A DNA stretch of 64,000 nucleotides from assembly GCF_030028105.1 (NCBI RefSeq), contig NC_092399.1:28168881-28232880 (forward strand), given 5' to 3'. The stretch is from Mobula birostris. Its lineage: Eukaryota. Made by a program: the position numbers and the translations under genes. Below, one piece after another: positions 12,660-23,772 of this stretch (position 1 is its first letter; each line of letters opens with the position of its first letter). Under the pieces are notes generated by a model. That model saw only the letters and a list, made by a program, of their open reading frames with translations. It was not told where the DNA came from and did not search any database.

Positions 12660-14165
12660 AATTAGGTAAGTAACATAAAAAGAGAGCAAAAAAGAGAAAT
12701 AAACAGTGAGGTAGTCTACATGCCTCCCTATCACCATCTGAAATTCTGCGAACAGTAGTTGTGTCACCTACAAAACTATAGATGGTGTTTGAGCTGTGCC
12801 TAGCCACATAGTCATGGATGTAGAGAGAGTAGAGCAATAGGCTAAGCCTGCATCCTTGACGTGTTCCATCGTTGACTGTCAGCGAGGAGGTGTTTTTCCG
12901 ATCTGCACTGACTGTGATCTCCTGATGAGGAGGTCAAGGATCCAGTTGCAGAGGGAGGTACAGAGGTCCAGGTTTTGGAGTTTGTTGGTTAGTACCAAGG
13001 GTATGATGGTGTTGAACACTGCGCTGTAATCAATAAACAGCAGCCTGAAGTAGAGATTGCTATTGTCCAGGAGATCCAAGGCTGACTGGAGAGACAGTGA
13101 GATTGCATCTGCTATAGACCTATTGTGACGATAGGAAAATTAGATTATGAGAACACTCAGTCCTCTTTTATTGTCATTTAGAAATGCATACTTGCATTAA
13201 GAAATGATACAATGTTTCTCTGGAGTGATATCAGAGAAAACAGGACAAACCAAAGACAAACGCTGACAGAACCACATAATTATAACATATAGTTACAGCA
13301 GTGCAAAGCAATACCATGATTTGATGAAGAACAAACCATGGGCATGGTAAATAAGGTCTCAAAAGTCCCCGAGTCAATCGACTCCCGAGTTCCCGATAGC
13401 AGGCGGCAAATGGAGAAACTCCCTGCCATAAACCTCCAGGCATTGTCAACTTGCCGATGCCTTGGAAGCAGTCGACCCCAGCTGACAATGAGTCCATCCG
13501 TCCAAAAACTTCGAGCCTCCAACCAGCCTCTCTGATACAGCCTCCCAAGCGCCATCCTCTGCCGAGCACCTTCGACCTCATCCCGGCCGCTGAAACACGC
13601 AAAGCCGAGGATTTCGGGGCCTTCAGCTCCAGAGATTCTGGTTACCTCACAGTAGCAGTGGCAGCGAAGCAGGCATTTCAGAAGTTTCCAAATGTTCCCC
13701 CGTACTCTCACGCCTGTCTCTCCATCAAATCAGAATTGTGCACGGTCCCCTACTTGACAAATAACAGACATCAGCACCAAAGTGGCCACGCGCACTGCCG
13801 TTGCACCGCCATCTTCTCCAAATTGTCCAGGCCCTTGCTTAGTCAAGAATTGATTCTGGCTATGGTCCACCTCTCAAAGCACTTCATCAGAGTAGGTGTG
13901 AGTGCAAGTGAACGACAGCCACTGAGGCAGCTCACCCTGCTCTTCTTGGGCAGGGTGCGATTGTCACCCTTTTGAAGCAGGTGGGGACTTCCGACTGTAG
14001 CAGTAAGAGTTTGAAGATGTCTTGATCATTCCCGCCAGTTGGTTGGCATAGGTTTTCAGCTCCCTACCAGGTACACTATCAGAGCCTGATGCCTTTCATC
14101 GTCTTGAAGGAACTTCTGACATCAGCCTCCAAGACAGAGATCACAGGGTCAACACATGCTGCAGG
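12660..14165 (-). mobile_element. Degenerate Rex1/Babar RT fragment, interrupted at 13142-13819
   Basis: 'LFIDYSAVFNTIIP..LCNWILD' and 'YSLYIHDYVARHSSNTI'; colinear with 3128-4800. Confidence 0.8.
13142..13819 (-). mobile_element. ~680-bp non-coding retroposon, YY1-like head and (TAATC)n tail, copy 1
   Basis: Minus strand starts GGAGAAGATGGCGG and ends AATAAAAGAGGACTGAGTGTTCTCATAATCT; short TSD AAATT. Confidence 0.8.
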
Positions 14166-14335
14166 TCAGACAGCATCTGAGGAAAGGAATAAAAAATCAG
14201 TGTCCTAATGAAACATCTTGGCCCCAAAATGTTGACTCTTTATTCCTGTCCAGATGCTGCATGACCTACTGAGTTCCTCCCGCACCTTGTATGTGTCATT
14301 CTGGATTTCCAGCACCTGCAGGATCCTCATGTTTA
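14165..14335. mobile_element. Degenerate palindromic Penelope pLTR insert
   Basis: CAGCATCTG...CAGATGCTG inverted arms plus pLTR tail GGATTTCCAGCACCTGCAG. Confidence 0.55.
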
Positions 14336-14979
14336 TTAACGTGCAAATAGAAGCAATCAAAGGCAAGTCCACGATCGTGCAAGAGGCAGTATGCTGTGTT
14401 CTGATGCTGAAGTAGGACTGGGTTGTGCAGGTGAGTTCAAACACCTAATGTTGTAGGAACATAACTGCTCCAGAACCAGGTGATGTGTGACTTCAAGAGG
14501 CATGATCTAGATGGTGGGGACACTTTATAAAGATGTTGTAGTCTTGAGGCAGCATCTCAAGTAGATTCTGTCAATGGTGGAGAAGGCTTTGTCTGTGATA
14601 GACCAGTCTACCTCCACCAGCCTTCTCACTTTTGTCACCTTTAGATCAGTACTGAAATTAATTTGCATTTCCTGGTAATTGCTGTATCTCAGAGAGTTTG
14701 TAATAGCATCTAAATATACTATAATGTATACACTAAATATACACCTCCTCCTCCTTGCACCAAGGTGAAAGGTTAACTTCCCTCTGTCAATATCTTCCAC
14801 TCAGATTTCTGGTGGGATTTGAACCTAAAACCTTCAGAGAGAACCATGCCCCCAGTGATTTATGGCTGACTTGATAACTCTAATACTTTGGCCCCAGACC
14901 ACAATCAAAAACTTCAAGTAGTGAAAAAAAAATGTGTTTTAATTTTATGTAAAAACAAAACTTTTACATTAAAGATGTT

Positions 14980-16368
14980 TGTTCGTTATGTGCCTTGTTG
15001 TATGACATGGCTGATCATGGTCTTTCCATGACCATGGTTGTTCTGGAAATTTTTTCTACATAATTAGTTGCCCATTGCCTTCTTCTGGGCAGCGTCTTTA
15101 CAAGGTGGGTGACCCCAGTCATTATAAGGCCATAAGACCATAAGATATAGGAGCAGAAGTAGGCCATTCAGCCCGTCAAGTCCGCTCCAGACTTAGGCTG
15201 ATCCAAACAGTCCAAACATGGGCTGATCCAATATTTCCAGTCATCCCCACTCCCCTGCTTTCACCCCATACCCTTTGATTCCCTGGTTAATCAAGAACAT
15301 ATCTATCTCTGACTTAAATATTCCCGATGACTTGGCTCCACAGCTGCTCGTGGCAACAAATTCCACACATTTACCACCCCCTGACGAAAGTAATTTCTCT
15401 GCATCTCAGTTCTAAAAGGACGTCTTTCAATCCTGAAGTCATGCCCTCTTCCGCGGGAGGAGAACCACAGGAGGAGAAGATGGTGGCGCGATGCAGCGCA
15501 CGCAGCCTCTCCGGTGATGAATATCTGTTATCTGTCAAGTAGAAGCCGTGCACAATTCTGATTTGATGGAAGCAGACGTGAGAAGCACGGAGGAACATCT
15601 GGTGAAACTTCTGAAATGCCTGTTTCGCTGCCACCGCGACTGTGTGACCCGAAATCTCTGGAGGGGAAGGCCCCGAATCCTCGGCTTTGCCTGTTGCTTG
15701 GCGGTCGGGGTCGAAGCGCTCGGCAGAGATGGTGTTCGGTGCTCGGTGTCGGAGTGCTGGTTGGAGGCTCAAAGTTTTCAGACAGACTCAAAGTTGGACT
15801 GTGGTCTGGTGCTTCCAGGATGCTGCATCGGCAAGTTTGCGGCGCTGGAAGCTCATGGCAGGGAGAGTTTCTCCCTTCTACCGTCTGCGTGAGATGTTGG
15901 GGCTATCGGGAATGTGAGACTTTTTTTACTGTGTCCATGGTCTGCTCTTATCAAATTACAGTATTGCTTTGCACTGTTGTAACTATATGTTATAATTATG
16001 TGGTTTTTGTCAGTTTTAGTCTTGGTCTGTCTTGTGTTTCCGTGATATCATACCGGAGGAACATTGTATCATTTTTTAATGCATGCATTTCTAAATGACA
16101 ATAAACGAGGACTGAGTGTCTTCATAATCTAATCTAATCTAATCTAATCTTCATACTCTTCAGAGATGGTCTGCCTGATGTTAGCGGTTGCATAACTGGG
16201 ACATGTGGCATGCATCAACTGCTCATACGACCATCCACCACATGCTGTCACAACTTCATGTGACTCTGGTTGCGGTTGAGGGGTGGGGGAATAAGCAGCT
16301 TGCCCAAGGGTAACCTGTAGGCTAGCGGAGGAGAGGAGTGCCTTACACCTCCTTCGGTGGAGACTTAT
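14980..16368 (-). mobile_element. RTE-related family A element split by a CR1 tail (15126-15450) and YY1-family copy 2
   Basis: Segments 14980-15125 and 16150-16368 rejoin into the 43555-43920 sequence. Confidence 0.7.
15451..16149 (+). mobile_element. YY1-head/(TAATC)n retroposon, copy 2
   Basis: GAGGAGAAGATGGTGGCG start; AATAAA plus (TAATC)n end. Confidence 0.8.
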
Positions 16369-16369
16369 C

Positions 16370-16444
16370 TGTCAGGTCTGTGCACAACTACGTATCAATT
16401 AAATAAAAGCATGCATGTGGGAGTTTAACTGGTGTGTTCATATT

Positions 16445-16475
<31 letters not shown>

Positions 16476-16772
16476 ACAATATGCATGCGTAGGCAACAGA
16501 TCAAATCGTAGTGCTAAGGGGGAGGGGATGTCATTGCACTAAACAAAATTTATCCGTATATTACACTTTCTCCCCCTTTAGATTAATGTAACATAAAACT
16601 GTATATGTACTAATTATTTAATTTCTCTTTCATAAGCCATATTTCAAATAAACATGCTTTCACAATAACAGTCCATAACTAACTTCACAGTTCTAAAGGT
16701 TCAGTCTTTTGGGCGGTGCTGTGTTTCTTTCAGGGTAGCACCTCTGGACCTGTGGACTGGCATCAGGTTTGG
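16370..16772 (-). mobile_element. Gypsy-like LTR retrotransposon 3' fragment (integrase tail, PPT, LTR)
   Basis: 'QRCYPERNTAPPKRLNL*' integrase C-terminal-type tail; PPT AAAGGGGGAGAAAG (16566-16579) directly followed by a TG...CA LTR at 16565-16370. Confidence 0.65.
16449..16475. repeat. (GA)n microsatellite within the LTR
   Basis: Directly visible. Confidence 0.95.
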
Positions 16773-17206
16773 CAACACACAAAATGCTGAACGAATTTAT
16801 GGAAAAAAGTGCAGTCGATGTTTCAGGCCGAGACCCTTCAGCAGGACTGGGGAAAAAAAGATGAGGAGTAGATTTAAATAGGGGGAAGGGGAGGGGAGAG
16901 AGAAACACAAGGTGATAGGAGAAATCAGGAGGGGAGGGATGAAGTAAATAGTTAGGAACTTGATTGGGGGAAGAAATACAGGGCTGGAGAAGGTGAGGAT
17001 AGAAGGTCATGGAAAAAAGAAAAGAGGGCAGGAGCACCAGAGGGAGGTGCTAGGCAGGCAAGGAGATAAGGTTAGAGAGGGAAAAGGGGATGGGGTCTGG
17101 TGAAGGGGAGGATAGGAAGGGCCATTACCAGAAGTTCAAGAAATCGATGTTCATGTCATCAGGTTGGAGGCTGTCCAAATGGAATATAAGGTGTTGTTAC
17201 TCCAGT
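16772..17206 (-). mobile_element. Penelope-like element 3' fragment with pLTR
   Basis: GIY-YIG C-terminal coding remnant; hammerhead-like motif with variant core CTGCTGA at ~16812-16848. Confidence 0.8.
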
Positions 17207-17790
17207 TCAGTCTAACTGACCTATAGATTGCATTCTTCTGCTTCTCTCCATTCTTGAAGAGTGGAGTGACCTTTCTAACCTTCCAACCTCTGGAACCTTT
17301 CTAGATCCTTGTGATTCTTGAAAGGTCTTTACTAATGCCTGCATAATCTCTTCAGCTACCTCTTTCAGAACCCTGGGGTTTACACTATCTGGTCCAGGTG
17401 ACTTATCTACCTTCAGATCTTTCAGTTTCCTGAGAAACTTCTCTCTCGTAATTGTTACTTCATACACTTCATGCCCACCTGGAAGTCCCGCCATACTGCT
17501 AGTGTCCTCCACAGTGAAGAGTGATGCAAAACACTTATTCAGTCTGTCTATCATTTCCTTGTCCCCCATTACTCCCTCTCCAGCATCGTTTCCCTGTGGT
17601 CCACTCTAGCCTCTGTTTTACACTTCATGTATTTGAAGAAATTTTTGGTATCCTCTTTAATATTATTGACTAGCTTACTTTCGTATTCCATCTTTACCTT
17701 CTTAATTACTTTTTTAGTTGCTTTCTGTTGGCTTTTGAAAGCTTTCCAATCCTCTAACTTCCCACCGATTTTTGCTCTAAATATAACTTC
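17207..17790 (-). mobile_element. CR1 ORF2 fragment (continues at ~19265-19600 and 20222-20490)
   Basis: 'LKVDKSPGPDSVNPRVLKEVAEEI' and 'KNFFKYM'. Confidence 0.85.
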
Positions 17791-17794
17791 TCTT

Positions 17795-19262
17795 ATGTCC
17801 TCGTTGTCCACGGGAATGGTACCGGAGGATTGGAGGGAGGCGAATGTTGTCCCCTTGTTCAAAAAAGGTAGTAGGGATAGTCCAGGTAATTATAGACCAG
17901 TGAGCCTAACGTCTGTGGTGGGAAAGTTGTTGGAAAAGATTCTTAGAGATAGGATCTATGGCATTTAGAGAATCATGGTCTGATCAGGGACAGTCAGCAT
18001 GGCTTTGTGAAGGGCAGATCGTGTCTAACAAGCCTGATAGAGTTCTTTGAGTAGGTGACCAGGCATATAGATGAGGGTAGTGCAGTGGATGTGATCTACA
18101 TGGATTTTAGTAAGGTATTTGACAAGGTTCCACACGGCAGGCTTATTCAGAAAGTCAGAAGGCATGGGATCCAGGGAAGTTTGGCCAGATGGATTCAGAA
18201 TTGGCTTGCCTGCAGAAGGCAGAGGGTGGTGGTGGAGGGAGTACATTCAGACTGGAAGGTTGTGACTAGTGGTGTCCCACAAGGATCGGTTCTGGGACCT
18301 CTACTTTTTGTGATTTTTATTAACAAACTGGATGTGGGGGTAGAAGGGTGGGTTGGCAAGTTTGCAGATGACACAAAGGTTGGTGGTGTTGTGGATAGTG
18401 TGGAGGATTGTCGAAGATTGCAGAGAGACATTAATAGGATGCAGAAGTGGGCTGAGAAGTGGCAGATGGAGTTCAACCCGGAGAAATGCGAGGTGATACA
18501 CTTTGGAAGGACAAACTCCAAGGCAGAGTACAAAGTAAATGGCAGGATACTTGGAAGTGTAGAGGAGCAGAAGGATCTGGGGGTACTTGTCCACAGATCC
18601 CTGAAAGTTGCCTCACAGGTGGATAGGGTAGTTAAGAAAGCTTATGGGGTGTTATCTTTCATAAGTCGAGGGATAGAGTTTAAGAGTCGCGGGGTAATGA
18701 TGCAGCTCCATAAAACTCTGGTTAGGCCACACTTGGAGTACTGTGTCCTGTTCTGGTTGCCTCACTATAGGAAGGATGTGGAAGCACTGGAAAGGGTACA
18801 GAGAGGATTTACCTGGATGCTGCCTGGTTTAGAGAGTATGGATTATGATCAGAGATTAAGGGAGCTAGGGCTTTACTCTTTGGAGAGAAGGAGGATGAGA
18901 AGAGACATGATAGAGGTATACAAGATAATAAGAGGAATAGACAGAGTGGACAGCCAGCGCCTCTTCCCCAGGGCACCACTGCTTAATACAAGAGGACATG
19001 GCTTTAAGGTAAGGGATGGGAAATTCAAGGGGGATATTGGAGGAAGGTTTTTTACTCAGAGGGTGGTTGGTGTGTGGAATGCACTGCCTGAGTCAGTGGT
19101 GGAGGCAGATACACTAGTGAAGTTTAAGAGACTACTAGACAGGTACATGGAGGAAATTAAGGTGGGGGGGGGCGTTATATGGGAGGCAGGGTTTAAGGTT
19201 CGGCACAACATTGTGGGCCAAAGGGCCTGTACTATGCCGTACTGTTCTATGTTCTATGTTCT
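17795..19262 (+). mobile_element. Young 5'-truncated CR1 LINE (RT domain to tail)
   Basis: ORFs with GNYRPVSLTSVVGK, SGVPQGSVLGPLLF, FADDTK, RPHLEYC; one frameshift and one stop near 17960-18055; (TTCTATG)n tail. Confidence 0.95.
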
Positions 19263-19601
19263 TTGGCTTTTATGTTGGCTTTGACTTCAAACCAGAATGT
19301 GACATGAAAGTTGTTAACTTAGCAACAGCAGTTCAATGCAATACATAATATAGAACAAAAAAAATAAATAAATAAGTAACTTCTCCGGTTAGCCACAGTT
19401 GTGTCATCTTTCCTGTAGAATACTTCTTCCTCTTTGGAAGGTATATATCCTCTGCTTTCCAAATTGCTTCCAGAAATTCCAAGCATTGTTGCTCTGCCAC
19501 TATCCTTGCCAGTGTTCTTTTCCAAGCAATTCTGACCAACTGCTCTCTCATGCCTCTGTAATTCTCCTTACTCCACTGTAATACTGATACATCTGACTTT
19601 A

Positions 19602-20220
19602 GATTAGATTAGATTATGAGGACACGCAGTCCTCTTTTATTGTCATTTAGTAATGCATGCATCAAGAAACAATACAATATTCCTCCAGTGTGATATCACA
19701 GAAACACAGGACAGACCAAGACTGAAAAACTGACAAAAAACACATAATTATAACATATAGTTACAACAGTGCAAGCAATACCATAACTTGATGAAGAACA
19801 GGCCGTAAGCACGGTCAAAAAGTTCAAAGTCTCTCAAAAGTCCCACATCTTACGCAGATGGGAGAAGGAAGAAAACTCTCCCTGCCATACCCGACCACGG
19901 TCCGACTCTGAGTCGTCCGAAAACTTTGAACTCCGACCAGCCCTCCGACACCGAGCACTGAGCACCATCTCTGCCGAACACTTCGACATCAACCCTGGTC
20001 ACCAGCAGCAGGCAAAGCTGAGGATTTTGGGGCCTTCCGTCCGGAGATTCTCAATCGCACAGTAGCAGCGGCAGCGAACCAGGCATTTCAGAAGTTACTC
20101 CAGATGTTCCTCTGTGCTCTCACGGCTGTCCCCATCAAATCAGAATTGTGCACGGCCCCTATTTCACAAATACGATATCATTTCACCGGAGAGACTACGC
20201 ACGCTGTGTTGCGCCACCAT
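19602..20220 (-). mobile_element. YY1-head/(TAATC)n retroposon, copy 3
   Basis: (GATTA)n at left; CTTTAG direct repeat at 19596-19601 / 20221-20226; interrupts a CR1. Confidence 0.8.
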
Positions 20221-20689
20221 CTTTAGCTTCTCCTTCTCAAATTTCAGGGTGAGTTCAATCATATTATGATCACTTTCCCCTAAGGGTTCTTTTACCTTAA
20301 GCTCTCTAATCAGTTCTGGTTCATTGCACAATATCCAATCCAGAATAGCTGATCCCCTAATGGGCTCAACTATGAGCCACTCTAAAAAGCCATATCATAG
20401 GCATTCTAGAAATTCACCCTCTTGGAATCCAGCGCCAACCTGATTTTCCCAATCTAACTGCATGTTGAAATCCACCATGACTATCATAACCATATCAGTT
20501 TATGATATTGGTATAACTTTCCTCTGTCCAACACCTCTATTTTAAATATAAGAATAACTTGCACTTTTCAAAATCTCAGCATGCCTTCAGAACAGACCCA
20601 ATAGCCAAGCAAAAGTTAGTACTGTTTTAGAGTATGAAACACTGCAACCAGTGTACACAGAGGTATAAGACAATAACACATAATTGGGA

Positions 20690-20870
20690 GATGAAGATTG
20701 ATTTCAACTGCAAGGAGACTTACTTTGCTATTCACTGAAAAGCTGCTGAGGGATTTTTTTATAGTGTCCAGCTGAGTTGACAGAAATGGCCTTTGCCTTC
20801 TGAAAAACGGCAACTCCAACATTTCAGCACTCCTTCAGAAATGCATTGAAAGATCAGCCTGGATTTTCAG
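20690..20870 (-). mobile_element. Ancient DeuSINE-like (AmnSINE1/SacSINE1-type) remnant
   Basis: GAAAAACGGCAACTCCAACATTTCAGCACTCCTTCAG..TCAGCCTGGATTTT resembles the Deu core as recalled from memory. Confidence 0.45.
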
Positions 20871-21264
20871 CCGATAATCAAAGCATGCCAGTGCTAAGAC
20901 ACAGTTAACAATGAGGTTATTCAACCCGCAGGCATCTCATGGCACTGGTCTATTCCCACTTGAAAGTACACAGAGGCATTTCATCAGCAATTTCATTGGG
21001 CTGCAACGTTTAACAAGGAGTGGGAACTTGACCTGAAATACTCTTCCCCACAAGCCGAGGACATCAACTGTGCCACTACAACCATTAACATGAATGAGCT
21101 AATCTCCTTCTGATTTTTGAGTCACAGAGAAAAACAGGAAAGAATTAAATCCTTAGGGTCCTTTGAGACTATGCCAACCATCAAGCATTTGATTTTACAC
21201 TAATCCTACCTTAACACCAGATATTCAGAGATTTATGTACTGCACATTATATTGGTCTCCTTTA

Positions 21265-21642
21265 GTTTTCAGTTTTTTCGTTCTTCTTGCCGACTGGCAG
21301 GTGGATGATACATTACTTTTTGTGAGAGGGAGGGGTTGGGGATTTGGGGTCTGATGTTCCTGTTGGTGTTTTTCTGTATGGCCATTCTGTGAGGAAGGGG
21401 GTTGGGGGGTAATGTTATCATTGCTGTTTTTTTTGCAAGGGAGTGGGTCAGGAGTTTTGGGATTTGTGAGTTTTGTTTCTTTAACTTTTTCATGCTTGTT
21501 GGGGGGGATAAGTTGATATCTTTCCTTTCAACAACTCCTATAGTTTTTCTGTATTTCATGGCTATCTGGAGATGATGAATATCTTGTACATGCATACTTT
21601 GACAATAAAATGAACCTTCGATCCTTTTTGAAACTTTGAACC
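21265..21642 (+). mobile_element. 3' part of an unclassified retroposon (related to 35600-36085)
   Basis: GT-rich body; tail TACTTTGACAATAAAATGAACC..TTTGAACC shared with the 36050 and 28830 regions. Confidence 0.5.
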
Positions 21643-22019
21643 TCTTTTATTCTTCCAAAATTACCATTAACTCCCTCTGTATTCCACTACTCAACTACAC
21701 ATTAGGGAGAATTTGCAGTGACAATTCAACCTGCAAACTTGCATGTCATTGGGATAAGAGAGGATAATGTTTATTTACTACATTTAGCACAATTATTCCT
21801 ACAGTTCTGATTGAAAAGTTCCAGAACCTGGGCCTCTGTACCTCCCTTTGCAACTGAATCATCAACGTCCTAACCGGAAAAGCAAATAATTCCATATTTC
21901 AGACACTGAAACTTTCTGGTTGGCATTTCCCAAAACTGATAAAAGAAGATCTTTGTCAACAAAATACAGAATCCTGTGGTTGATTCTCAATATTTTCTGT
22001 AGTGAATTAAATAAGCAGT

Positions 22020-22410
22020 GAAAAAATAGAAATAAAGAAGTAGTGAGGTAGTGTTCATGGGTTCAATATCCTTTCAGGAATCAGATGGCAGAAGGGAAAA
22101 AGTTGTTTCTGAATCATTGAGTGTGTGCCTTCAGACTTCTGTGTCTCCTTCCAGATGGTAGCAATGAGAAGAGGGCATGTCCTGAATGACGGGGGTCCTT
22201 AATGAAATACACCACCTTTCTGAGGCATTTCTCCTTGAAGATATCTTGGATACTATGGAGGCTAGTGACCATTATGGAGCTAACTAATGTTGCAACTCTC
22301 TGCAGCTTACTTTGATCCTGTGCAATAGGCTCTCCTTTTCCAGATGGTGATACAGCCAGTTAGAATGCTCTCCATGTTGCCTGTGTAGAAATTTGCGAGT
22401 CTTTTTAGTG
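22020..22410 (-). mobile_element. Rex1/Babar 3' fragment
   Basis: Colinear with 3110-3470. Confidence 0.75.
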
Positions 22411-22737
22411 ACATCCCCCTGTCTGCACATGCAGTCTCCTCCCAGTCTCCACCCAGCTAATAGGGTGCACCTGCCCCTCGTTCCTGTCTTATCACCTGCA
22501 GCCTATTTGACCCCAGCTCTCATCCATAGTCTGAGTTCATTCTTTGAACTAGCCAGCCTCAACCAGTTGCTCCTAATTTTCTCCCTGCCTAAAATTTACC
22601 CAATTGTGTTTAGTTTCTATTCTTCCTTGTTTTATGGCCCCTCCTGGCTTGTTATTTTGGAGACTAATATTAAATTTATTGTTCACTGCCGAATCATATC
22701 CGCTGCTGGGTAAACCCTCCTCTACATTTCCTGACCA
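22410..22737 (+). mobile_element. Probable Gypsy-type LTR remnant
   Basis: CACCTG motifs, TATTT box, ATTAAA, and a 3' end resembling fish Gypsy LTRs. Confidence 0.4.
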
Positions 22738-22738
22738 C

Positions 22739-23127
22739 CAGGGGTGCAGTGCTAGCCGGAGCGCACCGGATCACATCCAGCATCTCTTTAAGAAAAAAGC
22801 TGAAATAAACGAGCTAATTAGGTGCCACCCAGGGTGATTTGGAGTTTAAAAGAATGGTGCCAAAAACAAAAACAAATCCAGAGTGGATTTAACAAGATGT
22901 TTTCGCTCACAGAACAACCGCTTGCTGGATGTTTTTTTTTCTTTTTGACACCATTCTTTGTAAACTCCGGAGTCTGTTGTGTGTAGATATCCCAGCAGAT
23001 CAGCAGTTTCTGAGATACTCAAATCACCCTGAGTGGCACCTAATTAATTAGCTTGTTTATTTCAGTTTTTTTTCTTAAAGAGTTGCCAGATAGGCTCTGG
23101 TGCGCTCCAGCTAGCACTGCACCCCTG
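22739..23127. mobile_element. Palindromic MITE with hAT-like TIRs and Tc1-derived interior
   Basis: CAGGGGTGCAGTGCTAGCCGGAGCGCACC / GGTGCGCTCCAGCTAGCACTGCACCCCTG; inverted arms of ~110 bp. Confidence 0.8.
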
Positions 23128-23142
23128 CTAACAGGCGTGTTA

Positions 23143-23378
23143 TGGCAGCAGTAGGTGCTACACTATTACAGCGCCAGCAACCCTGGTTCAATTCATCTGC
23201 TATTTGTAAGGAGTTGGCCCCTTCTCCTCGGGATCACACAGGTTTCCTCTGGGTGCTGTGGTTTCCGCCCACATTCCAAAGATGTACAGGCTGGTAGTTT
23301 AATTGGTCACATGGGTGTAATTGGGCAGCACAAGCTTATTGGGTCTGAAGGGCCTGTTACCATGCTGTATCTCTGAAA
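23143..23378 (+). mobile_element. V-domain tRNA SINE (HE1-like)
   Basis: tRNA-like head with GGTTCAATTC; V-core GGTTTCCGCCCACATTCCAAAGA; other copies ~25405-25610, 45950-46100, 46700-46800(-), 49420-49650(-), 53340-53510(-). Confidence 0.7.
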
Positions 23379-23394
23379 AAAAATCATCGATCAA

Positions 23395-23772
23395 TACAGT
23401 ACAGGCCCTTCGACCCTCAATGTTGTGTAGGCTATTTAACCTACACCTAGATCAACCTAACTCTTCCCTCCCACATAGCCCTCCATTTTTCTTTCATCCA
23501 TGTGCTTATCTAAGAGTCACTGAAGTGTCCACAGTGTATCTGCTTCTACCACCAACATGGCAACATGTTCCACACCCCCACCATTCTGTGTATAAAAACA
23601 ATTACTGACATCTCCCCTATACTTTCCTCCAATCACCTTACAGTTCTGCCTCTCATTTCAGCCATTTCTGCCCTGAGAGAAAGGCACTGACAGTGCACTT
23701 TAGGCCACTTATCTTATACAACTCCGAAGTCACCTCTCATGCTCCATCTCTCCGAAGAGAAAACCCCTCACT
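23395..23772 (-). mobile_element. CR1 3' fragment
   Basis: Reverse CR1 tail ACAGGCCCTTCGACCCTCAATGTTGTG. Confidence 0.65.

Noticed and set aside
20724-20800. Candidate minus-strand exon RQRPFLSTQLDTIKKSLSSFSVNSK with GTAAGT donor
   Set aside because: Lies within an apparent DeuSINE-like remnant; exonisation is possible but unsupported
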